Assembly: GCA_023920165.1 (NCBI GenBank)
Contig: CP089274.1
Span: 1,612,001 to 1,676,000 of the forward strand
DNA length: 64,000 nt
Reading direction: 5' to 3'
Source of the DNA: Curvularia clavata
Lineage: Eukaryota
Positions 12,334-24,343 of the stretch are shown one piece after another. Position 1 is the stretch's first letter. Each line of letters starts with the position of its first letter. The position numbers and the translations under genes were made by a program. Below the pieces are notes generated by a model that saw only the letters and a list, made by a program, of their open reading frames with translations, had not been told where the DNA came from and did not search any database.

Positions 12334-15002
12334 CTATGAACGCTGCGGCAAATACGCACCGCCAGCGAGCACCAAGTTCATCCTAGTAAACTGCACTTTG
12401 TACACGGGGCTGTCCTTGGTAGGAAATACACTGATCTGATCAGCTGACACGCCAGTCTCCTTATTTGCCTTCTTGCTAGTGACTGTCGTCCCGCTGGCAC
12501 CCTTTGTCGTCATTGCGCCGTCCGTCTTTGCAGCTGCACCATCAGCAGCCTTGTCACTAGTCTCTTGCAGCACGTCCCAGACTCGAACAGTTTTGTCTGC
12601 ACCAGCCGAGACGAGCACACTCGACTCGACGCTCCAAGACAGAGACCAAATACCGCCCTTGCCATGTCCGCGCATACGCTTCCGCCTACGACCCGTCTCC
12701 AGTGTCCAGAGAATAATGTTGCCTGCGTCATCTGCAGATGCCAGTGTCTTGCCGTCGGGAGAACAAGATATAGCTGTGACGTTGCCTGTATGGCCGGTGA
12801 AGAGACGCAGGCAGTTGCCGCCAGCAATATGCCACATGCGTACTGTGCGGTCACACGACCCTGTGAAGACATACAGGTTGTTAGGATGGAAAGCAACGCA
12901 ATCGACATCATTATCGTGGCCAACGTAAATACGAAGAGGCTCAATGTGATCTGTCGACCACAGACGCGCGGTTCGGTCGTTCGAGCCAGTCAGGAAGTAG
13001 TGGCCATAAGGTCCCCATTGGAGATCCCAGACAGGGTTATCATGGCCGCGGTAAGCAACAAGGCAGGTGAATGTCTCCAAAGACCATAGGCGAATGGTCT
13101 TGTCTTCTGAGCAGGAGAGCAGGCATTCTGAATTTGTAGGAGGGCCTGAAGGATAGGGGTTGGCTGTGGAGGGGGAAAAGGCAACTGCGTAAACCGGGCC
13201 CGAGTGACCGACCAACCGCCTAGAGGATGATGGTTGGGTGTCCGGGTTGTCAGTCGGTGAAGTGAGAGGGCTGCCGTCCATGGACCAGACGCGAATATAC
13301 GACTCACTCATCCCAGCAGCAACGAGCTTGTTGTCCCCAGAGAAGTCTATGCAGTTGATACTGCCATACCGTCAATAACACGGCGTACGTACTGGAACCT
13401 GGACAACTTACCTGTCGTATGTGTTGTGAAAAGTGTACATAGTGACACTGACAGCGGGCCCTACGCCGCCAGTTCTTCCCTCCATCTTGTATCGATCTCG
13501 GTGCTCGATGATCTTTTGTACTTCCATGGACACATCGCGCGCAAGTGAAGGTGGCAGAGGAACGAATTCACGCGAGGGCCCATCCTCCGTAGGCTCGCGC
13601 TTGATACGTTGCTCAAACTCGTCCACCAAACTTGACTGCCCTGGTCTCGGCGCAGCTTTGGCGTCTTCTTCTTGTAATGCAGCACGTACATCATCTTGTA
13701 GTTCCGGCTCTTGTGGATACGTACCCAGTTGTAACCGTATTCGCGCAGCATCTGCTTCGGGGTCGTGACGTGCTGTAAGGGGGTGGCCGGGGGCGTGCCC
13801 TGGGATACCTTCGTCTTCGGCAGGGAGCTCGTCGTCACCTTGCCCACTAGCAAGGATCGCAGCTATGCTCTTCTCCGCGGTTGCTGTCCTGTCGACTGTG
13901 ACAATGTTGAGGTGTTCCCGAATGACATCTATTATAGTCGAACCGCCGTCAAAGTGCTTAGATTCCAGGAACTGAATAAGGTTGAAAAATGGCATCGTCG
14001 TCAAAGTTATTCGATACTTGTTGTCAAGGTAGAGTTTGGCGATTCTGCTCTCCTGCAGATGTGATTGTAGCCGCACTTGCCGGAGCGTCTTGACGTCCTC
14101 GTCGTGATCACGCTCAAACAAGCCCTGGTACGCTGCAAAGAATGTCTCTGCATCTTTGGTATAGAAGTCGCGGACCAAGTCTAAGAAAGAGTAGACGAAG
14201 ACAGGCCACAACAGCTTCCGCAGCTCCGGTCTATACAGGTCCAGGTTGTCCTCTGTGTATTTACGCAAGAGCTCGAATGCCTTTGTATACTTTGCGCCGC
14301 CCGCTTCGGTGCTCTGCGCTGTGAGAGGCTGGCCATTGGCTTGCGGCTCGGACTCCTTGCGGAGCATCGCTTCGGTGCGGACATAGCCCTTCTTAGAGAG
14401 ATACTCAAGGACCTGTGGTATACGTCAGCAAGGACATTCTGGATGTGTTACGATTTCCTCATTTTGGAAAACAATGAATCATCGTTACCTGGGCGCGTCT
14501 ATGATCAGGGACAGCAGTCGACCAGTATTGACTGTCGACAAGGGTATTCATGGGTTATGATCGCGACGCGCCGCTCATAACGTGCGAGATGGTTCGTAAA
14601 CCTGATCCCTCAACGCTTGGAAATTCGGACAAGAGGAATAATATTCCAAAGTCGCGTGCCGTATGTGTTCTCAAGTCGAAGGTGAGACTATTAAAAAAAT
14701 GCATGCTATTGTAGAGCAAAAGCGACAATAGAAGTCGCAGCAAACACCCGCTTTCACCAACAATAACCACTGCCCCAAGCATAACTTAAAATAAAAACAG
14801 AGAATGGTGAAATATGAAGCGAAAGGGAAGTGCGACCTACTATTTGGTTCAGATTCTGCTGCGATTGCGGCCCTGAGGAGCCAGGCGGCGGAGGACCACC
14901 TTGTGGTGGCATGGCTGCGTGTGGTGGCAGGCCTGCGCTTGGAGGACCATTGCCTACACTCATCGCCCTTACAGGCCCGGGCCCTGGAGGGGGGCCCGAC
15001 AT
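12334..15002 (-). CDS. TAF5: TFIID/SAGA subunit Taf5; exons 15002-14841, 14412-13412, 13360-12334
   Basis: LisH-like QNLNQI|VLEYLSKKGY, NTD2 domain (ELRKLLWPVFVYSFLDL), WD40 repeats (GHSGPVY, GHDNPVWD, GHTGNV). Confidence 0.95.
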
Positions 15003-15462
15003 GGCTGTGTGATTCCTTCTCTTCTATGCGAGCGCGCAGCTGCTCTCTAGCTCCGTTGTACCTAGATGCCAGTCGCAATGGTTGTAGAGGGTCGTATACG
15101 GGATATGGCTGTCGCGTGCCAGTCGCACAGGGTTGGTTCGTGTATCGACGCGTGGGGTGAAATTCACAAGAGGCGGATCGCGTTTGAAGCTGATCAGAAC
15201 GTCATCCAGGCTGCCTGTGTTGCGGAGTGGAAGACGGAGGTTAGGTTCGCATCGCGCAGGCTGCCAAGATGTGGCGGTGCGCAGGCGGTGCGTATGTGGG
15301 GCTAGAGCTTCCCCAGCTTTCATGGCTTTCTGCCATCCCTAGCACAAATCGCTTGCTTCGGTATCGCATTGCTGACAAGTCTCTCTATGGTTCTAGTCGG
15401 AACATATCTGGCTGGCACAGTTTTCAAATCGCTCCTTTCTTCCAGCTCCCAAACACACCACC

Positions 15463-16089
15463 ATGTCAACTGAAGCCGATCAACAGAATGCAGCCGATAC
15501 AAACCAGCAACCCGAGAATAACAGCTCCTCAGAACGACACCTCGAGGAACCGAAAACCTACCGCCAAATCGCAGCTGAACACATCGACACGCTGAATGAA
15601 ATCAACCATCAAATTCCCAAACTGCTCAAATACTTTGCGACTGCCTTGTCGCAACTGACCAACGACCCCATCCCCTTCCAGCATGATGCTATGCAATGCG
15701 AGCCTGGTACTCTGGAAGCACGCAAGGAAGCCTTTCGCATCAACGCACTCTTCTGTGGTACATCATGTGAGATCATCAGACAGGAGCTGGTGAAACAGAT
15801 CAATGCCTTGGAGAGATACAAAGTTATTCCGAAAAGCCATCCCAAATTCGCAGTTACGCAGAGTCAGGCGCGAAAAGGAAAGGAGGACGATAGCGAGGTT
15901 GTGGATCCGGAGAAAGATGTCAAGAACGGCGGCTATGGCGACTTTGATGTGGGCGTGCTGAACGCGAGGGCAAGTTCTGGTCAGGTCGGCGCTAAAGACG
16001 TATTGGATCGGGCCAAGGCAATACTGGAGGAGTTGCAAAGGCGGACTGGAGAAGCTACCAACGCGGACGAGATGGCCATTGATGGGTGA
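15463..16089 (+). CDS. MED11: Mediator subunit Med11
   Basis: HIDTLNEINHQIPKLL..ALSQLT, LVKQINALE and GYGDFDVGVLNARA motifs typical of filamentous-fungal Med11. Confidence 0.7.
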   Translation: MSTEADQQNAADTNQQPENNSSSERHLEEPKTYRQIAAEHIDTLNEINHQIPKLLKYFATALSQLTNDPIPFQHDAMQCEPGTLEARKEAFRINALFCGTSCEIIRQELVKQINALERYKVIPKSHPKFAVTQSQARKGKEDDSEVVDPEKDVKNGGYGDFDVGVLNARASSGQVGAKDVLDRAKAILEELQRRTGEATNADEMAIDG

Positions 16090-16124
16090 CCGTATCGGGA
16101 GACCGCGCAAGAGGCGCCTTTGCG

Positions 16125-16148
16125 CACACACACACACACACACACACA
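16125..16148. repeat. (CA)12 microsatellite
   Basis: Direct reading. Confidence 0.95.
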
Positions 16149-16509
16149 TGAACAACTTGCGTCTGGTGACTCAGAGGTCCTCTGGGCTCAAGCGTGACGA
16201 AGGTCGAAGAAACCTACATGGTTTTCAAATATAATGTTTCTTGAAGGAACATCAAAAGCCAAGACGAGCCATGATGGTCAAACGCAGATAATGCAAGAGA
16301 AGACGTGGCACCATCATGTTGAACCCAGGCCAAGCTCGAAGGAGCTGGTTGCACATCTCAGTCTTCAGATCGCATTCTGTTCCGGCCTGCAACTAGTTTC
16401 CGCCGGGCGATATATACAAAAGATCACAACGTGATTGCGTCGGATGGGAAGCTTTGGTTACATCATTTACAGTATTGATAATCATCAACCCAGCTATATT
16501 TTCATGTTT

Positions 16510-17490
16510 TCATCGAGTGTCTGACAAAGCCAATGCCTTCTTCATAACCGATATATCCTCTGGCGTAGTCCGACAACATCCCCCGATCAATCCCGCTCCA
16601 GCAGTTCTCCATTCATCGGTTTTCTTCGCCAGTGTCGAACCTTGAGTCCGAGTCCCCTCCCATTCCCTTGCTTTTGCGTTCCACTGCTCTCCAGAGTTGG
16701 GGTACACTACCATGGTTCCCTTCTTCACCAATGGTTCTAGTACTTGAAGCGCAGCGAGTGCAACATCGTCCGGGACACAATTGAATCCCAAAGAAACAAC
16801 TTGGTCTACACCGCCAAAAAGCGCAGCGATCTCTGACAAAGGCGTGCCGTCACTGATGTGGCTGCTATCTCGAAGTGTAAAGCTAAACCAGGCTTCTGAC
16901 GAAGGAAACTCGGAGGTAAGCAGGTCAATGAGGGCTTCAGTCTCGGCTTTGGATGGTATTGTCTCGCATGCCAGAATGTCGACACCGGCTTCGACAAGTG
17001 CTTGAATGCGTCCGCGGTGAAAATCCTTCATCTCTTCCTTCGGCACCACGTAATCTCCTCGATATTCGGACCCATCAGCAAGAAACGCTCCGTACGGTCC
17101 TATACTTCCCGCGATAAAGAGTTCGTTTCGAACATTTGCATCTGCTTCGCTCGCGTATTGATCCCTCGCTTCCTGAGCGAGCTCGGCGCTCTTCTTCACT
17201 ACGTCCTTGGCCTCCTTTTCGCTCAACGCTAGGTGTTTGACCAGGCCAGCAATAGATGCCTGGTAGGACGCAGTGATAGCAACATTCGCACCGGCACGGT
17301 AATAGTCCAAGTGTGCTTGCTTGATCAGCAAGGGGTTCTCAATGAGAATTTCGGCAGACCATAGTGCGCCGCTTATGTCTGCCCCTAGTGTTTCCAGATA
17401 TGTTGCCAGCGCACCGTCCAGAACGATTGGTGTGCCCTTGGCGATGAGATTTGAGAGCTTATCCAACTGTGGAGGTCTCGGATTACTCAT
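16510..17490 (-). CDS. mmuM: Homocysteine S-methyltransferase (S-methylmethionine/SAM-dependent), intronless
   Basis: VLDGALAT, HLDYYRAGA..AITASYQA, AGSIGPYGAFLADGSEYRGDY, LACET, GFNC, VVYPNSGE, IGGCCRTTP (Zn-binding Cys). Confidence 0.93.
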   Translation of the reverse strand: MSNPRPPQLDKLSNLIAKGTPIVLDGALATYLETLGADISGALWSAEILIENPLLIKQAHLDYYRAGANVAITASYQASIAGLVKHLALSEKEAKDVVKKSAELAQEARDQYASEADANVRNELFIAGSIGPYGAFLADGSEYRGDYVVPKEEMKDFHRGRIQALVEAGVDILACETIPSKAETEALIDLLTSEFPSSEAWFSFTLRDSSHISDGTPLSEIAALFGGVDQVVSLGFNCVPDDVALAALQVLEPLVKKGTMVVYPNSGEQWNAKAREWEGTRTQGSTLAKKTDEWRTAGAGLIGGCCRTTPEDISVMKKALALSDTR

Positions 17491-18000
17491 TTTGGTTTCA
17501 AAGAAATCTTGGCTTTTTGGAGATGAAGAGTTTTACTTTGAAGTCAAATGTTGAGGGGATTCCAGATTCATACTATTTAGTGCGATTGACGATGGCCAGA
17601 GCTGTAATTGGCTAGTCGCTGACTTCCCCGCTTCCGGCAGTATCCTTCCCTCTAGAATTAGAAAATGATGTTCTTCTGCTTCTGACTCACGTGCTTTACG
17701 CCGTCGCCCAAGTCGCCCAATTTCAATACCAGAATCGCGGATACGGTGGGGGAAGGTGGAGGGGTACCACGTACCTAGCACTAGCCATGTTTGTGGGGCC
17801 GCCGGCAACGCGTTAGGGATTACACGATCTTGTACCAAGTCCTCAACGCACTACACCGTCGCCTCAAATCCTCGGCGCGCTCACTCTCCTCTTTTGCGCT
17901 CCACTGACATTGAGCGCCTTGACATTTGGAAACAGCTCGGTAACCATCGTATTTTCTGTCTTCCTCGAGCAGTTTGTTAGCCCTCCGGGCAAACCGAGAG

Positions 18001-19226
18001 ATGGCGCGATTCAATCCATCATCTGGTCTAGTCTATCAAGAGACGCTGACACCTGTCCGTTCGATGGTGCCCAAATGGACCACTGATTCCAGGGGTAGAA
18101 AAGTTGATCCTTCAAAGTTGCAGCAGCCATACTGTGACACTCTCCAGTCAATGGCACTTCGTGCTTGCGTCTGGAATATACACAATATGGAACCTGGGGC
18201 TCTACAATGGCTTGGATGGTGGTACGCAAGTCGTCTATACAGTCACCTCAAATCCAAGTGGGTCAAGGATCCCATGATTGAGCCAAGGTGGACACTGATT
18301 GACCTGCAAACAGTGATACACTTACCTTCCATGCGTGGAACACTTTCAGGAATGCATATCCAGAAGAAGTCGATCAGCATGTGACGTTCCGGGTCCAAGA
18401 ACAGGACCTCGAATCAACGCAGTTTGTTTCAGTAGTTGATCGACTCTCTAGGCTTGACGTTAGCTTGCTAACATTTCTTTGTGTGCGAATTCGCAGTCTT
18501 TCCATTGACCACCTCGTTGCACTTACCAAGATCCAGACTCTGGCCGTGCTTGTGGTCGAGAATGGGACATCTGCTCACCAACACACAATGGACAGGCCTC
18601 TTGCTGAGACGTTGCGAGATTGGGGCCGCAGTGTTGGTGAAAGTGATACTCTCAAAAAGCTGAGAGTGCTTGTGCTAAGCGGATATGACATACATCAGAT
18701 GAACGGTTTTTTCAAAAGCCTTTCCTCATTTCCTGCCCTGAATCTCATCGGCATCGATGGTTTGTTCATCCAATCCGGAGCTGGGAACTTCTGGGGAGAC
18801 TGGACCAATCATCTCCCAAAATGGTAATGACGAGCACCATGTCTTGATGGCTTTGTTATTGACGTTACCTGAAACAGCCCAAACCCGACCAAGGCGTCGC
18901 CTGATGCCATCTGGGAAACGACTGCAACCACTACAGCGTCTAAGATGCGTCAGCTGTACAAATGCTCACTGGAGATGGCCCCACTTGAACTTGGAGAAGC
19001 AGCTGAGATCCGATCCATTGCTATGATATACTCTCAGTCCTACGAGTCTGTTCCCAGGTGTCATACTGAGTGGTTTTATCGAGAGCTACGAGATGGGCGT
19101 GATGCCAGGATGAAACGATCTCAAAGAGCAGACCACCAGGATCGAAGAGAGACACAGAGCAAAAAGCTCAAGGTTCGAAACAAGAACAAAGTCGGCATGG
19201 ATTCGCTACTTGGAACCTTCATGTGA
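18001..19226 (+). CDS. Hypothetical protein (3 exons; LRR-like central region, basic C-terminus)
   Basis: ORF pieces joined in frame by GTGGGT..AAACAG and GTAATG..AAACAG introns; LKKLRVLVL, LSSFPALNLI patterns; start codon uncertain. Confidence 0.6.
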
Positions 19227-20404
19227 CCAAAACAATTTCCGAATTAGTCTGATCATTTACGGCACCTCAGGCAGACCTTTTGGCAGATCACCCTTTCTAT
19301 TTTATGTCCCAGACCACACGAAATGCTTGACGAAGTATTACGCTATCTATATTGGCTGTTTACAAATGAAGCGAGATCCAGAAGGAGAGTACGAAATAAG
19401 CCATAAGTCTTTTTTTGAACCAAGATACTGGATACGAGGAACATTGGAGACGCGTTAGTCTGCTGTTCACATCCATCGACGCCGCCATGCGATCTTGAAA
19501 GACCAACTTCCCTGGGGCTCCGATTCGCTGAGCGTGTATTCAGTAGGCCTTTCGAAGAAGCTAATGGGGCATGTGTGGATTTTTGAAGCAACGGAAAGAT
19601 AATCGAGGGAGTTATCTAGCTTTGTTCTAGGTTAAAGCTCGGCGTCCAATATAATAATGTGGGTGTTCCATCTTTGCATGTTTACCCTACATGAGAACTA
19701 AACATACCACTCTGTATTTTCCAGAAAAGCTTTTCTAAGCTGCAACAAGATCAACTGCATCTCGCTTGGCTATCCAAGATCTTAGCTCGGAGCGTTTCGA
19801 GACGCAGGTCCAAGCGCTCGTATACTTTTAATGGGTAGTTGCGCTAATGGCACGGTACCGCTGTCGTGAGCAGGTACAAAGTGGTCACATGCAGGAGATT
19901 CATGGTACCTCAGATGATGCTAATGCTTGATTATGTATCAGCACTTCACGACGCAGATATGCTGCTACTTGCCCAAGCAGTGAAAGTCCTCTCACGTGAC
20001 ATACTGTAGCGTGTCTTCATCACCGCTACTGCTGCTCTTTCTCTAGCTAAAATGCACATCAAGAAATCGCAGGTATGTAACTCCTGGTTTCGAGCACCTG
20101 AGACTACCTATTCCTGTACCGTAAGGCGGCATCTTTGTTGTCATGAGGAGCGTACCTTCTCTAGGCCCAACCCAACACCGACGCGCTTGCTCGGGCTGTA
20201 CCCATCTTGGCAGCCCTCATCCTCCGATAAATATGCCCCTCCAGCCCCCAGCGGTTCTTTTCTCTTCGCCCACTTCCTACACTCGTTCACCACCCTACCA
20301 TCCGCCCTCAGCAGTCGATCCACGTTCTTTGGTATTTTGCTTCCTTTGCCATCAAGCACACCTTCCAATAGTCCCTCGCTACTTCAGCTGCGCCCACGCT
20401 CGCA

Positions 20405-22200
20405 ATGAAGCCGGCTCAGCTTGTCGCCTTCCTTGGGGCTGCTGCCCTCGGAGTTCAGCCCCTTGCAGCTCGTCGTAAGTCATCAGTAGTACTCCGTCAC
20501 ATTCCCATCGAGGCCCTCTTCATACAAGCCAGCTGTTTTTTCATTCGTTGATCATCTCTGATATGCAATCAGATGTCCAGCGTGCCCTGGCCGACACCCA
20601 CTCCACAGTTGTCACGATCACATCCACACACCTGGTCTCCGAGATCTGTACCGACATTGCGAGATGTCCCCCTTATACCACCGAGGCCGAGACTTCGACC
20701 ATCTACACCACAGAGACTACCACCATCTGTCTTCTTTCCTCAACGCCTCCGGGATACGGACTACCAATCACTCCGACTACAACTTTGTCAGTTCCGGTCC
20801 CGATCTATCCCACTGGTTCGGACATCTCTTTCAGCTTCATCCCAGGTACTTCCTTGTCTGAGCATTCAAGCATCAGCGTTTCTCTTCAGACGAGCGGATT
20901 GCCCACAAAGATTGCCTCTTCAAGCATCTACGCCATGCCGCCTACTGTGTCCCCACAGCCGTCTAGCCCGAAGAGCTCTGTTGTCACTGCAACTTCGAGT
21001 ACGTCCAGGGGGTACAATGTTTCCACAATGACGCTCTCTGGCATCGTTTCAGTTCCAGGCACTGTCACAGCCACTTCTACACTCATTGCGACAGAGCCAA
21101 GTGCTCCCGTTACGATCCCTCCAGTCTCGAACACGAACAGCGTTGGCACTTCCTACCCCATCTCTGCGTCTGGCAGTAGCACCATTAGCGCTTCCACTGG
21201 ATATGCCATACCTCCTGTCATCTCGGCAACTCCGTCGTATGTGAGCTCTGGTTTGGTTCCGTCTGGAAGCTCAACAAGCCAGTCCAACTCATACCCAGGC
21301 TCAATCATACCAAGCAGCTCAACGGGAACGTTTAACACTGTTTCAGGCTCAGTTCCTGTCTACAGCTCCACTACTGCCTCAGTGTCAAGTTACGTGGCAT
21401 TCTACCCATCCATGCCATCGAGTTCCGGCACGCATTCTGTGTCTACCTCTTATCCAGCGTCAAGCCCAGGCGCTAGCTTTGCAAGTTCATCTTCCAGTGA
21501 ATACGCTGTCCCGCCAGTCATTGTCGTTGCACCGACTTCCTCTGCAGTTTCGTTGTCGATGTGGTGGTCCTCGGGTGGGTACACACCGTCATCCAACTAC
21601 CCGGCTATGTCTTCACAGTCCATCAGCCCCCCTTCGAGTGGATATGCAGTGCCATTCAGCAGTTCAATTCCACCTCCAGCTGCATATCCGAGTAGCTCAA
21701 CTCCACCGCCGCCTGCTTATCCGAGCAGCTCTTTGACAACTGTTCCCGGTACGTATCCAGCTGTGACCACTGGGACTTCCGGTTATCTCAGCTCTTCGTT
21801 GCCAGCATCCTTCAACTCGACCGTGCTTGATAGCACGATTCTGCTTACCAGCTACCAGACACAAACGTCCACACCCTACATAACCATATCGTCTTCTTCC
21901 GGTAGCCCTGGCAACTACACTGAGACTGCTTCTTTCGAAGTACCAACATATATTCGGTCCAGCAGCTCCGCTGGTCACACTGGGTCTGGGTAAGTCCTTG
22001 GCGATGACTTGGTGTCTGTTCGAGCGCTCACTAACTGCAACTCCAGTTACCACACCCCCTCTATCAGCGCAAACGTATCCGTCGTTGCCCCCACGCCCAG
22101 CCTCATCGAGGTTCCCATCAACACGGGTCCTCGCATGGGTGCTAGGGGATGCTCCCTTGCTGCCATATCTGTACTTGTTGCCCTGGTCTACCTGGCATAG
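20405..22200 (+). CDS. Ser/Thr/Pro-rich GPI-anchored cell-wall glycoprotein (3 exons)
   Basis: Signal peptide MKPAQLVAFLGAAALG; intron 20475-20572; S/T-rich body; last exon ends INTGPRMGARGCSLAAISVLVALVYLA (GPI signal-like). Confidence 0.85.
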
Positions 22201-22597
22201 TTCGTTCGACTGATTTCTTTTCGTGTGGCCTCATATGTGATGAGGGAAGTATGTTGTTGTGGAGGGACATGGGCCTGATGGTACATTCTTGTATCTCCTA
22301 TAAGGCACATTCTAGCGCCATTCAGCTCTTCATACATAGTTAGGAGGTGAAACTAGGGGTAACGGGGTAGTGGTATAATCTTGCTAGGGATCGTTCATTA
22401 GCGGTGCAGGGTTTTCTTCTCAGATATGTTACCAGCTAGCACATCAGGCATCAGAGTAGCATCATGTCATGTAAACAATTTTCACTGCAACATTCAACTC
22501 TTGTCTTTTGTTCTTTCTGTACTGTAATCGTTCTTTGCGAGACTTGTCCAAGGGAAGCATTTGGGATTTGTTGTCTGAAGAAGGATGTAAGGCCTTG

Positions 22598-23793
22598 TCA
22601 CCGTACATTGACAGCACCTAGAATATCTTCCAGGCTCTTTTCCTTAATTTGAGGCACCACATTTCTCCACACATCATCGGAAATACGCTCGACTTCAGGA
22701 AGAATGCTGAAATGCGGGCTAGGCTCAGACTTCAACCACTTGAAGTCATCAATCTGATCCCACTGGTTCGCAGCTTGCGATGTATCGCTGGCGATCTACA
22801 CAAAGTTAGTTTAAGAAGGAAAGAAAAGAGAGCGCCCAACCCCAGGCAAGTACTTCTGAAAAACTCACAAATGTCTCCGGTAACGGCGCGAACCTCAGCG
22901 CCTCGCAGTCCTCGATAATGGGCCGACTGGCGCTGTGCAGGTAAATGTCGACGCGTTTGCTACCGTGCATGCGGAACTGACGACACACAGTTACAATGAC
23001 GCTGTTGGAGACGTCAGTGATGTGGATGGCGCCGGCGACGCGACCGCAGATGATCAGGCTGTCCTTGATGTTGCGCAGGTAGAGGGTCGCGAAGGGCGTG
23101 CCGCTAGCAGTTGGCGGGGAGAGATCGACGACGCAGCGTGTGAGATGCGAGACTGTGGGTGAGCTGGTGACATATGGCGTTGACGGGAGAGTGATTTGAA
23201 GGGACGACTTGTGTGAGAGTTCAGAAGATGTGGTACTTGGTATGTCATCTGCTCGTGACGGTGCAGACGATGGCGCAGGTGTTTCTCTTGCGACTGATGG
23301 AGCCGTGGTGACTGGTGCTGCGGCTTCTTTTCTCTTGTTCTTGAAACTGAATTTTTTCGGGGGGTCGAAGCTATTTCGTATGTTCTGTAGCTTTTCTGAA
23401 AGTCCCTTGATAGCCTGTTTGCGTGTCAGACCTCTCTCCTCTCCTCTTCTCGTACCAGAACATTGCGCTATCCTTCCTCCTTTTCTGTGCTTCAAACATT
23501 TGAATCATCATACCTCGCTGTATGCCCGTTGGTCGTATGCAGGGAGGAAACTCGACGCGTCCAGGACATCGTGCGACAGGCGATCTATACCCGCAAGACA
23601 TTGCTCTATGGCTTCATTGCGTTCGCGGCTGGCGGCTGGTGTCTCAGGCAGAGAAGAAATCTGGGTCTGGATAGCTGTATGTTGTTGTTAGGAGGCCATG
23701 TATGCTAGGTATTATCGGGAATGACGGCGGCTTACACGCAACATCTTCTTGGAATTTGCGATAGAAGGTTTCCTTCAGGTTGGCTTCGGACAT
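22598..23793 (-). CDS. TBCC: Tubulin-binding cofactor C (4 exons)
   Basis: SSFLPAYDQRAYSE, PPKKFSFK, GAIHIT, VCRQFRMH, SRPIIEDC, NQWDQIDDFKWLK..PSPHF. Confidence 0.9.
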
Positions 23794-24343
23794 GATGGTG
23801 AGGGTTGATGTCAAGATTTAAATATACAGAGGAAGAGGGTCTGCAGGGTGGTATCAGGTAGCTCTCCAGCTTCAATCAGTCATGTGGAGGTGCTTGTGGA
23901 GAGAGATGCTGTGTGTGAGGGTTTGGAGGGATGAGTGGCAGGTGGAGCACATCCAAGGGGAAACATGATGCGGAAGCATTGGGTGTTGGCACAAGGCTTG
24001 AATTGCACAATGTAGTCTGGGCAAAGGTCATTAATTCTGTACGCCAGCTTATATACTGGTCTACAAGGTGTGGAAGGAGGTGACATAGGAGTGCTAGGGC
24101 GTGCCATGATGCAAAAGGTGGGATGCAAGCTACCCCGCGTTTTATCCAATAGCGTTTCGCGTATTGTCCGATGGGAACGAGGCGGGCATGTTGAGTGGAG
24201 CAGTTTGTCTTTGAACTTCAACATGCATCTCGATAATGCCTTTGAATTGTTGACATGGTATATACACAAGCGAGACGCAATCCAGATGGTCGCAATCAGG
24301 TATTTTGATGTGGTAAACGCAAAGGAAAAAGGGTGCATTGCTT

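Noticed and set aside
14590..14650. snR30/U17 snoRNA in the TAF5 intron (TATTCCT and AACCAT resemble m1/m2)
   Set aside because: Motifs are imperfect and lack the closing stem and ACA box at the expected spacing
23880..24338. 152-aa minus-strand ORF between NDUFA11 and TBCC
   Set aside because: No recognisable motif; overlaps the expected 3' UTR and promoter; could at most be a uORF
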